Origin: a virus
Lineage: Duplodnaviria; Caudoviricetes
Length of the DNA: 46,405 bases
IMG/VR virus record: IMGVR_UViG_3300037308_000488
Location: 1 to 46,405 of that record
Strand: one strand, 5' to 3'
Every line of letters begins with the position of its first letter. Position 1 is the stretch's first letter. Below the pieces are notes generated by a model that searched no databases, had not been told where the DNA came from, and saw only the letters and a list, made by a program, of their open reading frames with translations. This document shows positions 1-9,748 of this stretch, one piece after another. Made by a program: the position numbers and the translations under genes.

Positions 1-100
1 ATAGCAACACGAGTATGATAATCAATACACAACCTGACAAAACCAATGCCAGGATAACCAACAAAATTTCTTCTAGCCAATTATACTCGTTCTTCTTCAC
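1..100 (-). CDS. N-terminal part of a small membrane (holin-like) protein; may continue across the window ends into 46405-46302
   Basis: GTG at 100 overlaps the TGA of 97..378 (GTGA). Reads MKKNEYNWLEEILLVILALVLSGCVLIIILVLL with no stop before position 1. Confidence 0.55.
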   Translation of the reverse strand, partial: MKKNEYNWLEEILLVILALVLSGCVLIIILVLL

Positions 101-378
101 TCTTTGATTCCGTTTGGGTAGGGCTGAGGTTCTATATCATGCTCCTCCAATTGCTTCCGGAGCGTCTGCGCATAGTTTTCTAACCGCTCGACCTTACGCT
201 CCAAGATTGCCACCCGCTTTTCAAGACGATCGATCCACTTGCCCGCACTCTCACTGATATCTGTTACAGTTTCCGCAGACGACTTTGCCGCCGATATGGG
301 AAACTGCCGTAGATTGAGTAGGATTGCGGCGATACTGGCTATCAAAGCCACCCAACCCGTAACTACGTCTAGGTTCAT
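97..378 (-). CDS. Small membrane-anchored coiled-coil protein (lysis-module / holin-associated)
   Basis: N-terminal TM helix followed by heptad-like IDRLEKRVAILERKVERLE; located at the end of the tail operon; RBS GGGGAGG. Confidence 0.6.
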   Translation of the reverse strand: MNLDVVTGWVALIASIAAILLNLRQFPISAAKSSAETVTDISESAGKWIDRLEKRVAILERKVERLENYAQTLRKQLEEHDIEPQPYPNGIKE

Positions 379-704
379 CGATGATTTCCTCCCCGTTTAC
401 CGTTGATTCTGTAGCGCATCTGATATAACAATAGAACGCATAGCGTAAGCGAAAAGGCCGGGCGAATAAAAACCCGGCTAAAGCGAATCGGGTCAGCGGG
501 CGGTATAATCCCCAGGTTTTGCAACACGACATGAGCATATATCCCCGCAAAATACAGCCCTAACAGCCCGGTTAAATAACCCGTGACTCGCCGCTGCATA
601 TACACTCGATTGATTATGCTGTAAATGACCATTAACAGCCCTAACAGCAAGTTAAGCAGAGCCAGGGAAACCGATATAAGCTGTTCGGACAATACGCTAT
701 CCAT
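375..704 (-). CDS. Three-TM membrane protein, holin candidate
   Basis: Three hydrophobic segments and a basic C-terminus; coupled to its neighbours. Confidence 0.55.
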   Translation of the reverse strand: MDSVLSEQLISVSLALLNLLLGLLMVIYSIINRVYMQRRVTGYLTGLLGLYFAGIYAHVVLQNLGIIPPADPIRFSRVFIRPAFSLTLCVLLLYQMRYRINGKRGGNHR

Positions 705-1684
705 TACGAGCCTCCGAAATCCGTGTTGTACCCCAGCACAGGTTTAACAGTTTCGTACAGTGCTCGAAACAGGGCTGGATCAATCCACGTATCCAGTAAA
801 GCTGAGAATATGAAATACCCGTCCCACCACGGGTATGGAGAAACCGTTAAATCGTCCATTCGAGCAATGCAAAAATTTGCCGCTCCCCGAAAAATCGTCC
901 CTGCCACTCCCAGCCCCGGGTTGTCTAACTGTGGCACAAGCCGATACTCATACTCTGAGTTGTAATACAGATAGCACCCCCCACCCGGGATGATGCTTGC
1001 CCCGCACAGTACAACCGTATAGTTTGCTGAACCTACCGGAATCCGCATGTTCACGTTTGTACCGTACCAGATTTGTTGACCCGCCGCCGCCCCGTTAGTA
1101 GACAGTCCCGCGCACCAGTTTAAAAATCCTGCAGCTGCAGTATAAGCGTGGAAGTACGAAAAATCTGCTGGACCCTCCCATTTGCTCATGGTAGTGTAAT
1201 AGACGTTCGGACCCGCAACCGGATTGACAAAGTTTGGCGGAATCAGCATCGCGGTTAGCATAGTAATTCCACGTCGCGCCGCTATAACATGACTCTCTGC
1301 CATGCTAATATCGAGGTTAAACACGTCACCAGTCCAGAGAGAATACGTAGTCGAATTAAAACCCAGCCTCAAGCTCCCTCCCCACCCATGCCGATAGCGC
1401 ATTGGATTAGGGTTAGCGATCGAAGCAGGCGCTCCTGCTGTACTAGTCACCGCCAGCATGCACTGCTCGGCTGTTCCCAGTCTTCCTCCTACAATCGATG
1501 GAACTGCAAAAAAATCATTGGGCTCTCTCGTGTCTTCGTTATATATCCAAGCCGCACGATGACCCTCCATCGTTGCCAGTAATCCATGAAGCAACGAGTA
1601 AACAAAAATATGATCTCGGCGCGACTGAAAATCCGCTCCCAGCAAAACGTTTTGATCTGCGTTCCTCCGATTTACCACAGGCAT
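704..1684 (-). CDS. Tail-tip/receptor-binding protein, probable ConA/LamG-like beta-sandwich
   Basis: Follows the hub protein; aromatic beta-rich sequence ending WDGYFIFSALLDTWIDPALFRALYE, resembling the LamG C-terminal strand-helix. Confidence 0.5.
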   Translation of the reverse strand: MPVVNRRNADQNVLLGADFQSRRDHIFVYSLLHGLLATMEGHRAAWIYNEDTREPNDFFAVPSIVGGRLGTAEQCMLAVTSTAGAPASIANPNPMRYRHGWGGSLRLGFNSTTYSLWTGDVFNLDISMAESHVIAARRGITMLTAMLIPPNFVNPVAGPNVYYTTMSKWEGPADFSYFHAYTAAAGFLNWCAGLSTNGAAAGQQIWYGTNVNMRIPVGSANYTVVLCGASIIPGGGCYLYYNSEYEYRLVPQLDNPGLGVAGTIFRGAANFCIARMDDLTVSPYPWWDGYFIFSALLDTWIDPALFRALYETVKPVLGYNTDFGGS

Positions 1685-2865
1685 CAGTACTGCCCTCCCG
1701 CTTTCATGTTTAGATAATTCTCAAAACGGTTTAAAGGCACAGACGAGATATCCAGTCCATATGGAGCAGTGTAGCGCACCTCATTAATCAACGCTACCCG
1801 CGGGTCAATTCCAGGAGCGCCAGGATAGCCATACTCACCGATCAGCCAGTCCGCGAGGAAAATCACCCGCCCGGGTTTGACATCCCAGGGCGCAACCAGA
1901 GAGCGGGTCAGATAGTCATATACCGCTTGCTTGTTTTCGCTCAGATGATAGACATAGGCTATCTGCAGATCAACAAGTTCATACACCGCCTCTCGATCTT
2001 CATTAACGTAAAACCGCCACGGACTAACTCCATCCCCGATTTTGACAACATCTTCAATTACCTCAAGGGCTGTTCGGTACTGATTTTCCCTATCCACTTT
2101 CAAAGCCGCGTTTGCGCCAACCCTAAACATACTGGTGTTCAGAATCGCAGTGTTCGGATTATCCCCTAGGGCATCGATGATTTTTTGCGTCACGGTTTGT
2201 GTTACTGCGGCTCCACCCGTCCCGATCTCTCGCGGCTGGTAGATATATGCCCCTAACCAGTTTTGATATCCCTCGACCGTCAGTACAACCGCCCCAGTTT
2301 CCTGAGTATTTGGGGTAACGGTAAAAACAGATTGCGGATAGCGAAACTGCGCCAGATAAATATCCCGCGCGTCCTCCGCTTCGTTATAACCTGTAGCTGG
2401 ATCAACCAGGCATGTACCTGCCTGGATTACTCGTTCCCATATCCCATATAAATCTTGCGATTCTGTATCTTCCACGAGCGTTGTTTCTGCCTGCCCTGCG
2501 TCTGTTATAAAATCGTCTAGGATGACTCTGGCAGTATAGGTTGCCATAACGCGATTGGCGATATCCGTCATCGGGCCAAGCTCAAAACTAATACCGCCAA
2601 TCCTGGCCGAAATCCGATTGACAAACCCTCGAAAAATCCTTGTCCCCCCAGGGTTATAAATCGTTATGTCTCTGCCCAGCCCTGTTTGCACCCACCCCTC
2701 GGCATCGGTCTTACGTAGCACCAGTGGTATCTCGGCGCTAAGGTATTCTCCAAAAATCCCTAAACTATGACTATACCCAACTAGAGGAACATTAAGTGAA
2801 CCGCTATCATGTGATGATGAGTATAGCGGAGATCGCCAAACTAACGAGATACCAAAAACGGTCAT
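1684..2865 (-). CDS. Minor tail protein (baseplate hub / Tal-like)
   Basis: Second gene after the tape measure; IFRGFVNRI, IANRVMATY and SQDLYGIWE motifs typical of siphovirus hub proteins. Confidence 0.65.
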   Translation of the reverse strand: MTVFGISLVWRSPLYSSSHDSGSLNVPLVGYSHSLGIFGEYLSAEIPLVLRKTDAEGWVQTGLGRDITIYNPGGTRIFRGFVNRISARIGGISFELGPMTDIANRVMATYTARVILDDFITDAGQAETTLVEDTESQDLYGIWERVIQAGTCLVDPATGYNEAEDARDIYLAQFRYPQSVFTVTPNTQETGAVVLTVEGYQNWLGAYIYQPREIGTGGAAVTQTVTQKIIDALGDNPNTAILNTSMFRVGANAALKVDRENQYRTALEVIEDVVKIGDGVSPWRFYVNEDREAVYELVDLQIAYVYHLSENKQAVYDYLTRSLVAPWDVKPGRVIFLADWLIGEYGYPGAPGIDPRVALINEVRYTAPYGLDISSVPLNRFENYLNMKAGGQY

Positions 2866-2867
2866 AT

Positions 2868-5087
2868 CTACACCCTGGCATACTGGAATTGAGCCGAGCG
2901 AAAAACCTTGACAAACAACAGAGGCTCATCATCATAAACCCAAGCTCCAGTTGTCGCATCGTATTTCATGCTCAAAAAGTACAACCGGCTTGTTTTCCCC
3001 GCCGGAATTTTTAGTTTATCAACCGAGATTGGGGTTAGATGATAGATTGCAGACGTGGCCTTGTTAGGATAGGTCGAGCCTGTACTAGTAGCATCATCAT
3101 GTAGTACCGCAGACAGTGTAGGCTTCTGCTTTTCGGCACTATCAATCGTCAGTACAGCAGAGCCAGCGCGGATACCTCCCGCATAAAGCCGGATAATGTT
3201 TCCATCAGCGGACGCCCCCGGCCCAACCCCCGGCCAGTATACCTCACAAGCGTTTTCGTCAATCGGAAGCAAAAAGAAACCTAGTATACCAGTCGAGATA
3301 TTGGCCGCAGAACCATAAAAATCAAGATACGGGCGAAAATAATCTAAGCTTACGGTAACAGGGTTATCGTATTCCACACCTGTTAAATCGTCCGAATCCT
3401 CAAGTGACGGATAAGACGAGGGTAACGAAATTTCCCCGAACTCTAAAATCTCCCAAGCGTTGACAATCTTATGCGTGACAGTTTTTGATGTCCAAACAGG
3501 AGTTGTATTAAGCGCGTTGGCAAAATTTGCCAACCGCCAGCCAATCTCACCAGCATTGCCATTGACCTGCTGGGCAATCATAAAAATACGGAATCTTCCT
3601 CCGAAAATCTGGCGCAGGTAATACACCGGATAAAGTGCCGTGTTTAGCACTGCTGCACCTGTCCACCCCCCGACCGGAGTCAGGTTAGAATCGCTCGCTC
3701 GGTGAAAATTCTGCACACTGGTAAGCGAGCCAAACCCGCCCGGGTTGACATTCCAAAGCGCGTTGTAATCCAGCCCGGAAAGCGCTGTGTTGCCATAGTA
3801 GTGAGTATCATCTATGGCGGGCAACCAAGTTGTAAAATAATCAACCGATTTGATACTCGAGCTCCATCGATACAACGGTACTCGCTCCTGTGAGTAGACG
3901 CCCATCAGAATCCGTTTCATCTGATAATCGGTAGTGCTGAATAGTTGCAACCGCAACGGGCAATCTAGATCGCCTGGCGCATCCTCAGCGTCAAAGCGAA
4001 TAAAATTTCGTTGCGCCGAGTAAGGATATTGTGTCACGTTAATGCTTTCTCCACCACCAGCCGACAACCGAAACCAGAATCCGGTACGGGCTGGCAAGCC
4101 AGCCACTCCTGGCAGTCCATAGCCAAGAGCAGCCGGTCTGCTCCAGTGAATTACAAGAGTCTCTCGTGGGTCATCGCCTGCTGCAGCATCCGAGATATAT
4201 AAACGGTCATAAGCAAGATTTTGCCATACTCCTCCACCATCTCTGTACTGTAGCGTCATCGTGTTTAGCAAATCGTTTTGCGTAGATAGTGCCTTGTCCA
4301 GAACCAGAACAATTGAGTTTGGAACAGGAACGTAGTTGTCAAAACCACCAGACGTACCCCAGCCCTCTCTTGTAATTGCAAAATAGCATGTATCCCCAAA
4401 GACCGCGCCGCCTGGTGTATACAGCCAAAACGGAGGGACGGAATCGCGCAGGTTTGCCGAGACAACGCCTCCGATAACCGTATGAATATCCGTCCAATCC
4501 CCCGCTGTCCAGAAGTTAGCAACAGGCTTGAAATTCTCGTCAACCTGGTTACCTGTCTTGAGCGTTACCAACGTTGCCGCTGGGCTGATATGCACTGTGT
4601 TCTCGTCTATCCCAAACGGCTGTACTACAAACTCTCCGGGCGGCGTCTCTTGCCACACTCCCCGCCGAAGCACCAGTGAACCTTGATATGCAAAGGAATG
4701 CCCATTTCCAACAGTAGTGAGTAAATCACTTTCCAGGCTAAACCGATAATCCTTAACTATCGCATACTGATAATCTCCGCACGCCAGAAGCGTTTCTAGA
4801 TATACATATGGATCAGGCTTTGCAGCTTGCCCTGTCCAAAATTTCACAGCCAGATCAAGATTGTACAACAGTCGAGACAGGTTTTCTCCTGCCTGGCGCT
4901 TATCTGCTCCTGAGATAGTTATCTCAAGCGTTTCTATGGCATCATCTTGTACTTTACTAACCAGTTGACCGCCTTGCACAAATGGGCTGGAGGTCCAAAC
5001 CCCATCGTTTTTTGCGGGAGCAATAGCGGGTGTCCATGCAACGATACCGACTCCGTTCGGCACTCCAATTAGATTGATGTAAGTCAT
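2868..5087 (-). CDS. Large minor tail protein (evolved distal tail protein-like)
   Basis: 739-aa ORF immediately after the tape measure; beta-rich insertions. Confidence 0.6.
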   Translation of the reverse strand: MTYINLIGVPNGVGIVAWTPAIAPAKNDGVWTSSPFVQGGQLVSKVQDDAIETLEITISGADKRQAGENLSRLLYNLDLAVKFWTGQAAKPDPYVYLETLLACGDYQYAIVKDYRFSLESDLLTTVGNGHSFAYQGSLVLRRGVWQETPPGEFVVQPFGIDENTVHISPAATLVTLKTGNQVDENFKPVANFWTAGDWTDIHTVIGGVVSANLRDSVPPFWLYTPGGAVFGDTCYFAITREGWGTSGGFDNYVPVPNSIVLVLDKALSTQNDLLNTMTLQYRDGGGVWQNLAYDRLYISDAAAGDDPRETLVIHWSRPAALGYGLPGVAGLPARTGFWFRLSAGGGESINVTQYPYSAQRNFIRFDAEDAPGDLDCPLRLQLFSTTDYQMKRILMGVYSQERVPLYRWSSSIKSVDYFTTWLPAIDDTHYYGNTALSGLDYNALWNVNPGGFGSLTSVQNFHRASDSNLTPVGGWTGAAVLNTALYPVYYLRQIFGGRFRIFMIAQQVNGNAGEIGWRLANFANALNTTPVWTSKTVTHKIVNAWEILEFGEISLPSSYPSLEDSDDLTGVEYDNPVTVSLDYFRPYLDFYGSAANISTGILGFFLLPIDENACEVYWPGVGPGASADGNIIRLYAGGIRAGSAVLTIDSAEKQKPTLSAVLHDDATSTGSTYPNKATSAIYHLTPISVDKLKIPAGKTSRLYFLSMKYDATTGAWVYDDEPLLFVKVFRSAQFQYARV

Positions 5088-6938
5088 CTATCGACTCCTC
5101 GCTATCACTCGATTGAGCATCGCCTCAAACTCCGCCCAACTGGCAACTCCGTGAATGTTCACTCCGCCAAGATTAATATTTGAGGTATTGGTAACTGATG
5201 TAGCAATCGGTTGTGCCGCCATAGCTGGCTGATACCTAGGAATAACCCCACCCGGCGACACTTGATTATATCGTTTCCCCGACATATTTGGCGCAGACAT
5301 GCCACCAGTCATGAATGCTGGCAGCCCCATCCGGTTTATTTCACTTAGCGCATCAGCTATACCTCGCAATCCAGTCTCAAACGGAGTAGGACTGCCCGGT
5401 GTTAGCCAGTCCGGTAACTGCACGTTTCGCAAAGCGTCAGTCATGTTTCGTATCCAGCCAACAACCGCTTCAATCGCTCCACGCAACCCCCCGATGCTTT
5501 CCCACCACGCTTGAAAAACCGGGATGATATAGGTGTCGAGAAACTTCCAAATTGCATCCAAAACAGGCTTTAATATATTTTGCCAAGCGCCCTGGACGGC
5601 CTTGATAGCCAGCGGAATCGCTACCCCTAAGAAATCCCCCAAAGCTTCCCAAACAGGAAGCATGTCTACGGTCAAAAATTGCCACACTCGTTGTAACGCG
5701 GGTTGCAACACGTTAGACCAAAAATCGGCTAACGCTTGAATTGCTGGCGGTAGATTTACCGATAACCAGTCCCACACTTGCTGTAGAATCGGAATAACGT
5801 TCGCCTGAAGAAATTGCCAAACTGCCTGTAGTGCAGGTTGCAGCGTACCAGTCCAAAACGCCGATAATGCCTGAATTGCAATTGGTAGGTTTTCCGCTAA
5901 CCATGTGTAAACCGCCGCAAGCGTGGGTTGAATTGCCTCGAACCACTCTTGAGCCGTAGCCAACGCCACCGGTAAGTTCTCTCCAAGCCAAACCCCGAAT
6001 TGCATCAGTCCTGCAACCGCGGCATCTAGCCAAGCCTTGAACTCGTCCGTTTGAACAAATTGAGTTATAGCAGTAATAAACTGCGTAATAACTGGTAGCA
6101 GAGCATTTCCGAGAGTGGCTTTTAGGTTCTCCATCTGAGCGGTAAGTATCCGTTGTTGGTTCGCTAACCCGCCACTTGTTCTGGCAAAATAGCCCTGAGC
6201 ATCTGCGGTTTGTTCCCAGATTACAGCATTGGCTGCTAAAATTTTTTGCTGCGGCGTCAAGGCTTCGTTGGTAGTGCTAATGATGCCCAGCTCTAAAGCC
6301 TTTTCCTGTAATACTGCTTCATTTAGCAATACTCCAAAGCGGCGCATCGGTTCGGATTCACCCCGCAAGGCAGCCCCTAATGCAACAACAACCTCCTCGG
6401 GAGACGCGTTGTTAAAACTCGCTATGTCACTCGCCAGTCCAACTAAATCAGTTGAGAAACTAGACAGGTCGTCTCCCGTCAATCCAGCAGCTTTACCGAA
6501 AATCCCAAACGTTGATGCTGCGTCCAGAGCGGCTTGTTTCGACTGTCCGAGTTGAGTGTCAGCCGTTTCCGCAAACTGTAAAATCGCATCGCCAGCATCA
6601 CCAAAAACGACTTTAGTCTTATTAATAGTTTCGCTAAGGTCACTAGCCTTGCCTATCATGTCAGGAATTAGTTGAGTCGCCGCACGCAAACCGTCCTGGA
6701 TTAGATTCCCAAAAACAAACCCGGCAGCGATTTTCCCGATGTCAAGCAATCCTCTAGATAGCCCACCCAAAGCTTTCGAAAAAATATTCCCCGAAGGAGC
6801 CGATTCTGTGATTTTCCTGGCAGCATCGCTCGTCTTGTTTGAAGCCTCATTCAACCCGCGCTTGTAATCCGACAGCCCTTTGTTGAAAGCGTCGGTTTCA
6901 AAAACCGACTGTATACCGACTTTCGGAAATGGAGTCAT
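5088..6938 (-). CDS. Tail tape measure protein
   Basis: 616 aa, Ala/Gly-rich helical; AALRGESEPMRRFGV and TSGGLANQQR core motifs; periodic Trp repeats; C-terminal PGSPTPFE motif; follows the chaperones. Confidence 0.92.
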   Translation of the reverse strand: MTPFPKVGIQSVFETDAFNKGLSDYKRGLNEASNKTSDAARKITESAPSGNIFSKALGGLSRGLLDIGKIAAGFVFGNLIQDGLRAATQLIPDMIGKASDLSETINKTKVVFGDAGDAILQFAETADTQLGQSKQAALDAASTFGIFGKAAGLTGDDLSSFSTDLVGLASDIASFNNASPEEVVVALGAALRGESEPMRRFGVLLNEAVLQEKALELGIISTTNEALTPQQKILAANAVIWEQTADAQGYFARTSGGLANQQRILTAQMENLKATLGNALLPVITQFITAITQFVQTDEFKAWLDAAVAGLMQFGVWLGENLPVALATAQEWFEAIQPTLAAVYTWLAENLPIAIQALSAFWTGTLQPALQAVWQFLQANVIPILQQVWDWLSVNLPPAIQALADFWSNVLQPALQRVWQFLTVDMLPVWEALGDFLGVAIPLAIKAVQGAWQNILKPVLDAIWKFLDTYIIPVFQAWWESIGGLRGAIEAVVGWIRNMTDALRNVQLPDWLTPGSPTPFETGLRGIADALSEINRMGLPAFMTGGMSAPNMSGKRYNQVSPGGVIPRYQPAMAAQPIATSVTNTSNINLGGVNIHGVASWAEFEAMLNRVIARSR

Positions 6939-7217
6939 CTAATCATCTCCGAGTGTAGCGCTTTCGACTTTTGCTCACGCTCGTGCTCATCTTGCTCGTG
7001 ACTCAGCATTTTATCTAGAACTCTATCGTGCGCAATCATCTCTGCCTGATCTTCCCAACTCAATTCCCTGAACTGGCTTGGCGTCATGTGCCATTCCTTA
7101 GCAGTATGGGCTTGCTGGAACCGAACGCTATGACTCCACGTAATTTTTCTCAACCGAACATTAATTTGCGAGAGCGGCTTGTAATTCCCGTTTGGCAGTC
7201 TCTTTTGTACTGCGAAA
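6935..7217 (-). CDS. Tail assembly chaperone C-terminal extension (gpGT-like), reached by a +1 frameshift
   Basis: The frame of ORF 6935..7153 stays open upstream through the TTT CGC site at 7217-7212; no RBS before the TTG at 7153; WHMTPSQFRELSWEDQAEMIA motif. Confidence 0.65.
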
Positions 7218-7781
7218 CGTGGCGCTCGCGGCAGAAATCTGTTCCTCCGTCAACGCTCCCGCTAAGGAAATTTGGATGATTTTTTCGAACAATCCGTAAC
7301 TATCTTCAACCGTTTTGAGTATCTCGGTCATGATGTAGTGTGAACGCAATTGCTCCATATACTCATCCATAGCATCTAAGTCGTCCGTATTGAGCGGACG
7401 TTCAGGAACCACAATGTTTCGCCGTTTTTGCCGTCGTAGCCATGTATCATCATTAGGTAACTCGATCTTGACCGCCGACAGTAACAGGGTTGTGCGTTCC
7501 TGTGCAATTTCGGCCTGTAACCGCCTATTTGCATCTATATAAGCATTCCAAGCTTTTTCAGCTTCCGGATCTCCCTTGATGGATTCTTGGTCATGCTCGA
7601 ATAACATCTCTCCGCCACCGACTGGCGTAACTTTATATGTTGGCGGGGTAATCGGTTCTCCAGCATCAAGATATTTCTTTCTTGTGCCTTGTTCGGACAA
7701 TTCAATCGCCAAGGGAGACACCGGCTCATACTCTAACTCAACCCCCGCTACCGTTCGGTAAATCATTTTTTTTTCGGTCAT
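7161..7781 (-). CDS. Tail assembly chaperone (gpG-like)
   Basis: Lies between tail tube and tape measure; start moved to MTEKK (7781) behind the RBS AGGAGAG. Confidence 0.75.
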   Translation of the reverse strand: MTEKKMIYRTVAGVELEYEPVSPLAIELSEQGTRKKYLDAGEPITPPTYKVTPVGGGEMLFEHDQESIKGDPEAEKAWNAYIDANRRLQAEIAQERTTLLLSAVKIELPNDDTWLRRQKRRNIVVPERPLNTDDLDAMDEYMEQLRSHYIMTEILKTVEDSYGLFEKIIQISLAGALTEEQISAASATFRSTKETAKRELQAALAN

Positions 7782-7801
7782 CTTGCTCGCTCTCCTCATC
7801 T

Positions 7802-7854
7802 GACGTGTAAGCCAACCCCCAGGGAGAGCGGGCTGGGAAATTGGCTTGCACGTC
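7802..7854 (-). promoter_or_regulatory. Intergenic RNA hairpin with an anti-Shine-Dalgarno loop
   Basis: Stem segments GACGTG/CACGTC, AAGCCAA/TTGGCTT and CCCAG/CTGGG; minus-strand loop CCCGCTCTCC. Confidence 0.65.
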
Positions 7855-7884
7855 CGGATTTATCAAAAGCTAATATTCGCTCTC

Positions 7885-9363
7885 CTAAGCGGTTGTAACC
7901 TTCAAAATTACGGCAGTCCCGCCATTCGCTTCACCAACAGCATACACCGTGTCTGCATTCGCTACAACTATATCATTCAGCCCACTATTCGTAGGAGTCG
8001 TCAAAACGTCCCAGGTATAGCCACCATCAATCGTGCGCAAAACCGAGCCGAGCGGAGCAGCCGTGTTATACAGCATGAAACCGATCAACTCGTTATAAAA
8101 CTCAATGTCCCTAACCGTGCCAACACCAGACCCCGTCCATCCAGTGCGCTCTGTCCAGGTTGCACCACCGTCCCGGCTGTAGTAAATCTCACCGTCGTCC
8201 GTTCCTACCCACATGCGGTTGACGTCCTGCCGATAGCAACAGAGCACGTCGCCCGCAGACGGCGCAGTGGCAAGCTCCCATGTGACTCCACCGTCAGAAC
8301 TCAAGACTACGATTCCTGCAGGAGCACCAGCCATGCCATAGTTTTCATCGACAAAATGGACACACGCATAGTCGGTTGCGGTAAGCGCTCCAGCCTCAAC
8401 AGCCGTCCAAGTCTGTCCACCGTCTTCAGAAAAATAGATATAACCGCCCTCACCAGCAAGCCAGATATGCCGAGAGTCAAGCGCCCATAACCCGCGCCCG
8501 GTTTTTGCTCCATGCCCTTGGGCTGCTCCACCGATGTTCACTTCCGTCCAGGTTGTCCCGGCATTATCAGAGTAGGCCACCGACCCTTGAACCGCACCGC
8601 CTGTGCCCTCTTTCGCTACCAAATAGCGGCGAGTCGAAGCCCCAATCATGAAACTGGTAACCGCCATCGCATTAAGCCCAACGCCAAACGGATCAGTAGC
8701 CCCTGCCGCAATGGTAACACCCGCATTAGTCGAAAACTGGATATTCGCAGACGCTCCACCTGCAGCATCAGGCGCTACAGCCAGTAAGTCGCCCGGGTCT
8801 TGCGTATCTCCGCAATCGCCATAGCAACGACCATCACGATTCGCCCAAATCCCGTTTGCCGATTGCGCTTCGGTCGTAGTGAGCCGGTCTATCTCTAAGG
8901 GATCAATCCATACCAGCGGGAAATCAGCGTTAATCTCCAGAGCGGCAGTAGATTCCGCTTCTTCATCCTGACCGCGGGCAACCAGATTGCTAAGAGTCAG
9001 AGTCACAGGGCTAGCATTTTGCAACGCCCAGCCCCGTTTGTAGTTTGTAAAAACATTCGCCATTCCGCACTCACGCATCAGCACGAACAATGTGAACGGA
9101 CAGTTGAGTTTCTCAATCCAATCCTTTTGGCTGAACAGCAGAGCGGTAATGGTTGTCGTAATATTATCCGGCGGCGCTTCGTTTTTTCCAACCACGAGCC
9201 ACCCCTGACCGTTTGGGTTGAACTTTCGGATAGGAGTTTTGCCGCCCGTAATCGGAGCAGCAATATCGTCTAGATCATGACAACCCAAAAAGTAGACCGG
9301 AGAGTTTGGGCCTCCAGGTTGAATCCAAAGCGCACCAGACCGTGTATTAAACGCCGTGGTCAT
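7885..9363 (-). CDS. Major tail tube protein fused to a BNR/Asp-box (Ycf48-like) beta-propeller
   Basis: Position before the chaperone and tape measure; six Asp-box motifs (FSTNAGVTI, YSDNAGTTW, FSEDGGQTW, LSSDGGVTW, YSRDGGATW, RTIDGGYTW) in the C-terminal ~330 aa. Confidence 0.72.
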   Translation of the reverse strand: MTTAFNTRSGALWIQPGGPNSPVYFLGCHDLDDIAAPITGGKTPIRKFNPNGQGWLVVGKNEAPPDNITTTITALLFSQKDWIEKLNCPFTLFVLMRECGMANVFTNYKRGWALQNASPVTLTLSNLVARGQDEEAESTAALEINADFPLVWIDPLEIDRLTTTEAQSANGIWANRDGRCYGDCGDTQDPGDLLAVAPDAAGGASANIQFSTNAGVTIAAGATDPFGVGLNAMAVTSFMIGASTRRYLVAKEGTGGAVQGSVAYSDNAGTTWTEVNIGGAAQGHGAKTGRGLWALDSRHIWLAGEGGYIYFSEDGGQTWTAVEAGALTATDYACVHFVDENYGMAGAPAGIVVLSSDGGVTWELATAPSAGDVLCCYRQDVNRMWVGTDDGEIYYSRDGGATWTERTGWTGSGVGTVRDIEFYNELIGFMLYNTAAPLGSVLRTIDGGYTWDVLTTPTNSGLNDIVVANADTVYAVGEANGGTAVILKVTTA

Positions 9364-9737
9364 TTCTTAACCTCCATGAAAATTTTTGCAGCGCGCAGAA
9401 GCGCACCGTAGTTAAGGTTAGTCGCGCTGGCTATAACTCCCAGAGCAACCTGTGGTTTTTGTCTCAAGTCATCAACAGTCCAAATTCCGGCTTTTTGGAG
9501 GACTTGCTCAAACTCAGTTGGGTTGAATTCTAAAACGATCTCCCTCCACGGAAACCCGTATGGAGTAGCAATGGCAAGCGTTTCTACTGACACCATACAG
9601 TCATCATCAACATCGCTTACAGGAACATAAGATCGGCAAATTTTCCCTTTTTGAACATACTCAACAAGAAACGTTTCGCCTGCCTTGTGAACGACTGAAA
9701 CCAGTTGTCTCTTTATCTTTGTTTCGCTTATTTCCAT
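9360..9737 (-). CDS. Hypothetical protein in the neck/tail region
   Basis: RBS AGGGAG; ATGA overlap with the tail tube gene. Confidence 0.65.
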   Translation of the reverse strand: MEISETKIKRQLVSVVHKAGETFLVEYVQKGKICRSYVPVSDVDDDCMVSVETLAIATPYGFPWREIVLEFNPTEFEQVLQKAGIWTVDDLRQKPQVALGVIASATNLNYGALLRAAKIFMEVKK

Positions 9738-9748
9738 AATAACTCCCT

